From: an uncultured Candidatus Saccharibacteria bacterium | GTDB lineage: Bacteria; Patescibacteriota; Minisyncoccia; Phycocordibacterales; PALSA-1337 | Assembly (NCBI GenBank): GCA_964357605.1 | Contig: CAYHLX010000004.1 | Span: 1,081 to 65,080, forward strand | Direction: 5' to 3' | Length of the DNA stretch: 64,000 nucleotides | Shown: in pieces, positions 57,095-64,000 of the stretch | How the letters are laid out: each line of letters opens with the position of its first letter | How positions within the stretch are numbered: the stretch's first letter is position 1 | The notes under the pieces: generated by a model | The model's input: only the letters and a program-made list of their open reading frames with translations | Told to the model about the DNA's origin: nothing | Databases searched by the model: none | Made by a program: the position numbers and the translations under genes

Positions 57095-58360
57095 ATGGCC
57101 ATGGAACGCATTCTTTTTAGTATTAAAAAACTCATCCCTTCCCGCCTTTTTACCCTCTTTCAACCTGCTTACCACTATTCCCTCGCCTTTCTCGCCGCTC
57201 TCATCTATCGTTTTCCATCTAGGAAAATAAAAGTCATCGGAGTTACTGGAACAAAGGGAAAAAGTTCAACGACAGAAATTATCAATGCCATCATAGAAGA
57301 AGCTGGGTACAAGACCGCCCTTTCAAACACCATCAGGTTTAAGATTGCCGAACACTCTACAAACAATCTCTATAAAATGTCTATGCCCGGCAGATTCTTT
57401 GTTCAACGATTTTTACGACAAGCGGTGCAGGCCAAATGTGACTATGTGATCCTAGAAATGACTTCTCAGGGCACGCTTCAATACCGCCACAAGTTCATAG
57501 ATCTAGATACTTTTGTCTTTACCAATCTTTCGCCTGAACACCTAGATTCTCACGGCTCATATGAAAAATATATAGAAGCAAAAGTAAAGATCGCCTGCGA
57601 AATGATCAAATCAAAAAAACAAAATAAAACTATTATCGCCAATAGTGATGACAAAGAAGCTCAGAGATTCCTAGATTGTGAAGCAGATAAAAAAGCCACT
57701 TATTCAGCAAAAGATGTAGAGCCTTACGAAATTCTTTCTAGTGGTATAAATTTCACCTTCGCCGGACACAAAGTTCATTCGGAACTTTCTGGACTATTTA
57801 ATCTATACAATTTAGTGGCAGGAATTACTTGTGCTAAAAATTTAGGCATCGCTGATGAAATAATCGTGAGGGCGGTGGAAAAATTTAGCGACATAAAAGG
57901 CCGGGTAGAAAAAATAGACGCTGGACAAGATTTTACCGTGGTCGTTGATTACGCCCACACTCCCGATTCTCTAGAGAAGTTCTACCAAGTCTTTGAAAAA
58001 ACTAGAAACATTTGCGTACTAGGAGGCACGGGAGGTGGCAGAGATAACTGGAAAAGAAAGGAAATGGGTAGGATCGCTGATAATTATTGTAAAGAAATTA
58101 TTCTCACCGATGAGGATCCGTACGACGAGGATCCAAATAAGATCGTTAGTGATGTCGCAGAAGGTATCAAGAGTCAAACCCCCACGATTATCATGGATAG
58201 AAGAGCGGCAATCAAAGAAGCTTTGAGACGGGCTAAGACGGGTGATTCTGTGCTGATCACTGGCAAAGGAACTGACCCATATATCATGGGGCCAAACGGG
58301 ACAAAAACACCCTGGAGTGATGCTCAAATCGCCAAAGAAGAGTTAGAGCGTCTTGCCTGA
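57095..58360 (+). CDS. murE: Mur ligase, MurE-like
   Basis: GVTGTKGKSST, TNLSPEHLD.H, VDYAHTPDSL, LITGKG. Confidence 0.85.
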   Translation: MAMERILFSIKKLIPSRLFTLFQPAYHYSLAFLAALIYRFPSRKIKVIGVTGTKGKSSTTEIINAIIEEAGYKTALSNTIRFKIAEHSTNNLYKMSMPGRFFVQRFLRQAVQAKCDYVILEMTSQGTLQYRHKFIDLDTFVFTNLSPEHLDSHGSYEKYIEAKVKIACEMIKSKKQNKTIIANSDDKEAQRFLDCEADKKATYSAKDVEPYEILSSGINFTFAGHKVHSELSGLFNLYNLVAGITCAKNLGIADEIIVRAVEKFSDIKGRVEKIDAGQDFTVVVDYAHTPDSLEKFYQVFEKTRNICVLGGTGGGRDNWKRKEMGRIADNYCKEIILTDEDPYDEDPNKIVSDVAEGIKSQTPTIIMDRRAAIKEALRRAKTGDSVLITGKGTDPYIMGPNGTKTPWSDAQIAKEELERLA

Positions 58361-59590
58361 ATATCTTTCATTCAAAACTTTTTTGGTTTTGTCCCCAACC
58401 ATTCCCTCTTCCCCATTGATTTTATATTTTTTCTGGAAAACATTTAGAGCCTCACGAGTACAAGGACCAAAACGACCTGTTCGAGGGCAATCATTTTTAG
58501 TTTTACCCTGACCAGGATAGACTCCATCGATAAGCAAGGCTGTTTGGAGAGCGAGAACATCCTTTGTATTTGAATCTGAGACTGTCAAATCATTGTTCCA
58601 GATATGTGGCAACATGAGAGTATCGTAAGCAAAAGAAACATCATTGCCACTACCAAAAAAGTCCTGGAGTCCGAGATAAGTTTGAAAAGCAAAGTCTTTC
58701 AGGGTACTTTCTCTAACCCTCTCATCCACGATCTGTGGTTCATAAATATATCCATACTCAATGAGCATACTAGCAGCGTCAGAGGTGTTGTAAGCTCCAA
58801 TCGCGATGAGATCAGGTTCATCTATCACTCCCGCATTTTCATTTGGCAAATTACTCACGGGATTATACTTAGCAATACGCTTAAAAACGGCTTCCGCTAT
58901 GGCTCTAGTGGTAGTGCTATTGGCATAAATCCTTTCTGGTACATAAATAGCAAAACCAGAATACTCTCCCGGAGAAGAAATATCTCTTCTAGCATAATCA
59001 TTAAAATGAATGTGAATGGCAATATCTACCGCATTTTCATTTCCCCATTTATTGATACCATAAAGACGATATGCCACATTTTGCGGAGCATCATTATGAG
59101 AAATTTTAGCATTTGGTTTAGTAATCTTACCAATACTGATGAAATGCAGTGTATCTTGCTTACTTTCCTTAAAAAAAGAGATTATCGATTCCCAATTATT
59201 CTTAAAATATTCAGTAAAAATAGGATTCCATGATTTGTAATCGCGCGTCATGACCACTTCATAGTGTCCATTATTTTGAAGAAAAAAACGTAAATTATTT
59301 GCCAGTTCGACATTGAGATCTCTTTCTTTTAACTTATTGAATACCGTACCACCAAAATCAGGCTCATGTCCTGGGACAATTAGTACACGAATTTTCTTTT
59401 TTGGGGCTTCATCATAACGAGCTTTTAGTTCAGAAATCGTCACTGGTTTATGTAACAAAGCGGCTACCAAATGATCTCCTACGTATCCATAGAGATTATC
59501 TATATAGGCAACACCCTGAGGAAAATTTTGGACCATCCACGGTGTAATAAGAAGAACAACGGCAAAAAATGAGATAGCAATGTATTTCAT
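58343..59590 (-). CDS. N-acetylmuramoyl-L-alanine amidase with peptidoglycan-binding domain
   Basis: IVPGH..GG...E, IHIHFN, LIEYGY; C-terminal V..LQ..L...G.FGP.T..AL..FQ. Confidence 0.85.
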   Translation of the reverse strand: MKYIAISFFAVVLLITPWMVQNFPQGVAYIDNLYGYVGDHLVAALLHKPVTISELKARYDEAPKKKIRVLIVPGHEPDFGGTVFNKLKERDLNVELANNLRFFLQNNGHYEVVMTRDYKSWNPIFTEYFKNNWESIISFFKESKQDTLHFISIGKITKPNAKISHNDAPQNVAYRLYGINKWGNENAVDIAIHIHFNDYARRDISSPGEYSGFAIYVPERIYANSTTTRAIAEAVFKRIAKYNPVSNLPNENAGVIDEPDLIAIGAYNTSDAASMLIEYGYIYEPQIVDERVRESTLKDFAFQTYLGLQDFFGSGNDVSFAYDTLMLPHIWNNDLTVSDSNTKDVLALQTALLIDGVYPGQGKTKNDCPRTGRFGPCTREALNVFQKKYKINGEEGMVGDKTKKVLNERYSGKTL

Positions 59591-59615
59591 GAACAAAATA
59601 TGATATAAGAATTGT

Positions 59616-60488
59616 ATGCCAGAATTGCCAGAAGTACAAACCACCGCTTCCGGACTTCATAGTTTTGTCCAGAAATTGAAAATCAAAGATGTATGGACTG
59701 ACTATAATAGTCCTTATTTCAAGGGCTCGGAAACCATAAAAGATCCTAGATACTTTCAATATTTCAAAAAAGGAGTAGTAGGTAAAAAGATTTTACATGT
59801 CTCTAGACGAGCCAAAAATATCCTGATCAACCTCTCCGGTAATCTGACAATTATCATTCACATGAAAATGACCGGGCACTTACTCTACGGAGACTATAAT
59901 AAAAGTGATCCTTACAACCGCTTTATTCATTTCATTATCTACCTTTCAAATGGAAAAAACATTGAGCTCTCCGATGTTAGAAAGTTTGCCAAGGTAGCTC
60001 TTGTCCCCACCGACACCATCCATGATTCTATTCATTTAAAAGGAATCGGTCCAGAACCATTGGAAAAATCTTTCACCTTTGAGAAATTCTTAGCAAGGAT
60101 CTACACAAAAAGAAATGGGAAAATAAAACCAACCCTAATGGATCAGTCTATTGTGGCTGGTATTGGAAATATCTATGCTGATGAAAGTCTGTGGAAGGCA
60201 GGAATCCATCCCGAGTCACTAGTCAAAGATGTTTCTTGTGTAGTCCTTAAAAAACTTTTTGATTCTATAAAAATCACTCTTTCAAAAGGAATTGATTTAG
60301 GAGGAGCTTCTATGTCTGATTACAGGAACATCCACGGAGAAAAAGGTAGGTTTCAAGAACAGCACAAAGTCTATCAAAGGAAGGGTGAGAGATGCTCAAA
60401 AAAGGGTTGCGGCGGAATTATTGTGAGAAGTGTGGTTGCTGGTAGAGGGACACATTTTTGCAATGGACATCAGAAATTATTTAAATAA
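59616..60488 (+). CDS. mutM: Formamidopyrimidine-DNA glycosylase
   Basis: MPELPEV, HMKMTG, GIGNIYADE, C-terminal zinc finger. Confidence 0.95.
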   Translation: MPELPEVQTTASGLHSFVQKLKIKDVWTDYNSPYFKGSETIKDPRYFQYFKKGVVGKKILHVSRRAKNILINLSGNLTIIIHMKMTGHLLYGDYNKSDPYNRFIHFIIYLSNGKNIELSDVRKFAKVALVPTDTIHDSIHLKGIGPEPLEKSFTFEKFLARIYTKRNGKIKPTLMDQSIVAGIGNIYADESLWKAGIHPESLVKDVSCVVLKKLFDSIKITLSKGIDLGGASMSDYRNIHGEKGRFQEQHKVYQRKGERCSKKGCGGIIVRSVVAGRGTHFCNGHQKLFK

Positions 60489-60947
60489 GACTATCCCTGC
60501 AGCCACAGAAACGTTGAGAGATTCTTTCTTTCCCTTCATGGGGATTTCTAAAATCTGATGGCACAGATCTAATAAACCATTTTCTATTCCTCCAACCTCA
60601 CTTCCAAGAATAAAAACTGATTTGGAATTGATTTTTATTTTCTTGTAATTAATAGAGTTTTTGCTCTGTTCTATTGCATACACCTTCCAATCTTTTCTTT
60701 TTAAAAATTTTACAAGCTTAACTGTCTCAGTTACGCCCTCCCACTCCACTGTCTTCTCTGCCCCTAGAGCAGACTTGGCGATATCTTTTCTTATGCGTCC
60801 GAAACGATCGATAGGTGCTGGGGTTATGCCACAAAGATAGATTTTGGAGACCCCGGCCGCGTCTGCTGTACGAAAAATAGACCCAACATTATGGGTACTA
60901 CGGATATTATGGAGTGCCAAGCAGATCTTGGGTTCTTGTGATATCAT
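60477..60947 (-). CDS. TrmH/SpoU family RNA methyltransferase
   Basis: NVGSIFRTAD, LGSEVGG, IPM.G.KESLNVSVA. Confidence 0.92.
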   Translation of the reverse strand: MISQEPKICLALHNIRSTHNVGSIFRTADAAGVSKIYLCGITPAPIDRFGRIRKDIAKSALGAEKTVEWEGVTETVKLVKFLKRKDWKVYAIEQSKNSINYKKIKINSKSVFILGSEVGGIENGLLDLCHQILEIPMKGKKESLNVSVAAGIVLFK

Positions 60948-60982
60948 AGTGACACTATATAAGAGTTTAATTAAATATCAAC

Positions 60983-61342
60983 ATGCTTTCAATTTTCCCC
61001 TGGCTTTTAACTTACGAACAATTTGCTCCCCTACTCTTAAGACTCACCCTGGGAATTATCTTCCTCTTCTGGGCCTATAGAAGATTTTTACAAAAAAAAT
61101 CAACAAAAGATATTATTTATCTAGTCATTGATGCCTTGGTTGGTATTCTTTTGGTGATCGGACTCTTCACCCAACTCGCCGCCCTGGCCGCCAGCCTACT
61201 CTTCTTGATTCATCTTATAAACAAGATAAAAGATAGGGCTTTCCTCACAAACGGCATTAACTACTATTTTATTCTTCTTATTATCTCTCTCTGTATCCTT
61301 CTTACTGGTCCAGGACGTCTGGCAATAGATATACCGTTATAG
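60983..61342 (+). CDS. DoxX-like membrane protein
   Basis: LLRLTLG, GLFTQLAA, GPG..AID. Confidence 0.8.
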   Translation: MLSIFPWLLTYEQFAPLLLRLTLGIIFLFWAYRRFLQKKSTKDIIYLVIDALVGILLVIGLFTQLAALAASLLFLIHLINKIKDRAFLTNGINYYFILLIISLCILLTGPGRLAIDIPL

Positions 61343-61412
61343 TTTTTGATAATCAGGCTAAAAATTGAACTTTAGCGTAATTGTGCTATAGTTTTTGGAC
61401 CTTCGTGTATAT

Positions 61413-61488
61413 GCGCCCATAGCTCAGTTGGTAGAGCATCTCCCTTTTAAGGAGTGGGTCGTAGGTTCGATTCCTACTGGGCGCACCA
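61413..61488 (+). tRNA. tRNA-Lys(TTT)
   Basis: GCGCCCA/TGGGCGC-ACCA; CTCC-CTTTTAA-GGAG. Confidence 0.95.
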
Positions 61489-62721
61489 ATGGATACCAAG
61501 AAAAATATTTCCCTTTGGGCCCTGTACGATTTTGCGAACTCTATAGTTTCTATCGTCTTTTTCTTCTACTTTGCTCAATGGATTGTAGTGGATAAAGGTA
61601 TCCCCGACATTTATCTCAATCTAACTTTTACGATATCGGCTGTTCTACTTCTTTTTACCGTGCCAATTACCGGGCTTCTTTTAGATAGATTTTTCCGCAG
61701 AATCACTGGGTTGAGAGTCACCACAATCCTAGCTGTTATTTTCTATGCCATTTGTGCCCTCTTGGCGATCTATGACAAGGAAATTATGTCTTTGGTCTTT
61801 TTCACTCTAGCGGCCTATTTTTACCTACTCACTTTTACCTTCTATACTCCTCTTTTAAAAGATATAACTTCGGCTGACAAAACTGGTAGAACCTCTGGGA
61901 TTGGTATCGCTGCCAACTATCTAGGTCAGTTTGCCGGACTTTTGTTAGTCCTCCCCTTCTCCAATGGATCATGGAATCTGTTTGGAGCAGAACCTAGAGC
62001 CGAAACTCTTTTACCTGCCGTCATCATCTTTGCTATCCTGACCTTACCCATGCTAATTTATTTCCACGAACCAAAGAAAATTAAACCGGAACTGAAAATT
62101 GGTGATGAAATAAAAAACCTAGTCTCGCAGACAAAATCCCTTCTCTTCTATCCTGGCATTGCCCTCTTTATGCTCTCTTATTTCTTTTTCAATGATGCTG
62201 TGCTCACCGCCGCCAACAACTTTCCAATTTTCATGGAGCAAGTTTGGGGAGTCTCAGATACGGTCAAAACATATATTCTCATTGGCATTCTCCTCACTTC
62301 CGCTGTTGGCGGACTCACTGCAGGACTAGTGGCTGACAAAGTTGGTCACAAGAAAACCCTACTATTTTTGGTAGGAGGTTGGCTTTTTATCCTACCCTTC
62401 ATCGCTTTTATTGAAAATTTCACTCTTTTTGTGATCGCGACAACAGTTATGGGCTTGTGGTTTGGCGCCAACTGGGCTGTCTCACGATCCGTAATGTCCT
62501 ACCTCGCCCCTCCACAAGGACACAATCTAGCCTTTGCGTACTTTGGACTAGTGGAAAGGGCTTCTTCTTTTGTAGGACCGATAGTCTGGGGACTCATCGT
62601 TTCAGGATTTGTTTCAATCGGTAGTGATCGATATAGATTTGCCACACTAGCCGTTACAGCTTTTATTGTCTTTGGTTTTATTTCTCTTTGGAAAGTGAGA
62701 AGTGATCGGTCTTATCTTTAA
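61489..62721 (+). CDS. MFS transporter (UMF1/ATG22-like)
   Basis: WALYDFANS; GR.SG.G...Y.G; about 12 TM helices. Confidence 0.88.
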   Translation: MDTKKNISLWALYDFANSIVSIVFFFYFAQWIVVDKGIPDIYLNLTFTISAVLLLFTVPITGLLLDRFFRRITGLRVTTILAVIFYAICALLAIYDKEIMSLVFFTLAAYFYLLTFTFYTPLLKDITSADKTGRTSGIGIAANYLGQFAGLLLVLPFSNGSWNLFGAEPRAETLLPAVIIFAILTLPMLIYFHEPKKIKPELKIGDEIKNLVSQTKSLLFYPGIALFMLSYFFFNDAVLTAANNFPIFMEQVWGVSDTVKTYILIGILLTSAVGGLTAGLVADKVGHKKTLLFLVGGWLFILPFIAFIENFTLFVIATTVMGLWFGANWAVSRSVMSYLAPPQGHNLAFAYFGLVERASSFVGPIVWGLIVSGFVSIGSDRYRFATLAVTAFIVFGFISLWKVRSDRSYL

Positions 62722-64000
62722 CCATCACCAAATAAAACGCTGGAACTAAGAATAGAGTAAGGAATGAGGATAGAGCTAGACCAAAGATAATGGCACTTCC
62801 TAGGGCCATCCAGAACTCATTTGAGAGGGTTACGGGCAGGATACCGATGATGGTACAAATGGAAGTGATAAAGATAGCTTCTAGACGTGACTTCCCCGCA
62901 TCTGCCACCGCATCTTCAAAAGGAATACCACTTTTCACATTGAGATTTATTTTATCCACTAGGATAATAGAATTTTTAACCACAATACCAAACAAAGCTA
63001 GGACTCCAATAAGAGCTGGGAAACTGAGAGGTGTATCAAAGATCGCCATCCCCAAAAAGACCCCGGTCAAGGCCATCGGTATCGGCACAAGCACGATGAG
63101 CGCTTTCCTAAAGGAGTTAAACTGAATCACTAGAGTTGCCACAATGAGGATCAGGGCGATGATCATGGCTCTGACGATAGAGAGAACAGATTCAGCATTC
63201 TGTTCATTTTCACCTCCGTACACAATAGAATATCCTTGAGGCATATTGTAATCTGCTATCAACTTTTCAAATTCTACTAAAACTGCCTGTCCATTGGTCG
63301 TAGTGTCTACCCCCGCCGAAAGAAGGATGGTTCGTTTTTGATCGATACGTGTAATCACGTTAACAGCTGGTTCAAGTCTCACTTCGGCCACGTCTTTCAA
63401 AAAGACTGGTTGTTTTTGCAGATTCAGTATTTGCATATTCTGCAAAGAATTTAAATCAGGAATTGAGGATTGATCAAATGTGGCAATCAATCTTATTTCT
63501 TTCTCATCTCTAATGATTTTGGTAAGCTCTATACCTTCTACAGCCGTTCTAAGTACGGAGCCAACATAAGCCGCACTTAGATAATTCTCTTCCATCCTGG
63601 TTGGATTTAAAGAAAATGTATACTGTGGCACAGAATCCTTCTGTGAGACACTAACATTTACAACTCCAGGAATAGAGGCGAGCTTTGGCCGTAGATCTGA
63701 AACTACTCTTGTCAAAACATCCAAATTATCTCCGATCACTCTTCCCTCAAAAGCGGCTCCGGCTGGCGGACCTCCCGCTAAAGATGAAACTTCTATACTC
63801 AAACTTTGATTCTCAAGTGCACCAAGATCTTTTCTTACCATGTCGGCAAATTCATAAGATTTAATATCCCTCTCTTTCTTTTTCTTTAGAGTAATAGTGA
63901 TAGAGGCGACATTAGCGAAGCTATTCCCTCCTGTAAATGATCCGGAGTTGGCACTAGGACGTCCGACGATTGTAGAGAAGTTGGCAATGTCTTTGTATTC
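62678..64000 (-). CDS. RND efflux permease (AcrB-like), C-terminal part
   Basis: GGENE, QFNSF, GIVVKNSIILVD, R..AIFITS...GILP; frame runs off the window. Confidence 0.9.
   Translation of the reverse strand, partial: EYKDIANFSTIVGRPSANSGSFTGGNSFANVASITITLKKKKERDIKSYEFADMVRKDLGALENQSLSIEVSSLAGGPPAGAAFEGRVIGDNLDVLTRVVSDLRPKLASIPGVVNVSVSQKDSVPQYTFSLNPTRMEENYLSAAYVGSVLRTAVEGIELTKIIRDEKEIRLIATFDQSSIPDLNSLQNMQILNLQKQPVFLKDVAEVRLEPAVNVITRIDQKRTILLSAGVDTTTNGQAVLVEFEKLIADYNMPQGYSIVYGGENEQNAESVLSIVRAMIIALILIVATLVIQFNSFRKALIVLVPIPMALTGVFLGMAIFDTPLSFPALIGVLALFGIVVKNSIILVDKINLNVKSGIPFEDAVADAGKSRLEAIFITSICTIIGILPVTLSNEFWMALGSAIIFGLALSSFLTLFLVPAFYLVMVKDKTDHFSLSKEK

Noticed and set aside
697-63125. Many short antisense or alternate-frame ORFs in the track (e.g. 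697-888, 10916-11209, 58604-59233, 62790-63125)
   Set aside because: Shadow ORFs of well-supported genes, without motifs
1-64000. CRISPR array, prophage, IS/transposase, rRNA or reassigned genetic code
   Set aside because: No periodic repeat-spacer run, phage structural, integrase or transposase ORFs, or rRNA-like stretch seen by eye; genes translate fully in code 11 with TGA used as stop

Overview
Gene-dense chromosomal segment of a small-genome bacterium, most likely Patescibacteria/CPR (Parcubacteria-like; inferred from gene content, alpha2 GlyRS, type-2 IleRS, PilMNO, largely leaderless starts and standard code 11). It is mostly housekeeping: translation genes, four aminoacyl-tRNA synthetases, seven tRNAs, a folate/thymidylate cluster, a glycogen cluster, pilus assembly, cell-wall and repair genes. 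The standout is a complete chromosomal diversity-generating retroelement (DGR) at 54320-56953: RT, an inverted avd, a 113-bp template repeat (TR) and a target gene whose variable repeat (VR) differs at 22 TR adenines. RT and avd overlap head-to-head across one C10/G10 tract (55337-55346) that frameshifts both from their ATGs; a 1-nt slip restores both, suggesting one phase-variable ON/OFF switch. Other features: a 49-bp direct repeat around an AbiEii-type cassette, a 42-bp inverted repeat around tatD, a tRNA-like element, several promoter-terminator units with structured or empty transcripts, a histidine-phosphatase domain inside IleRS and a PMM-phosphorylase fusion.
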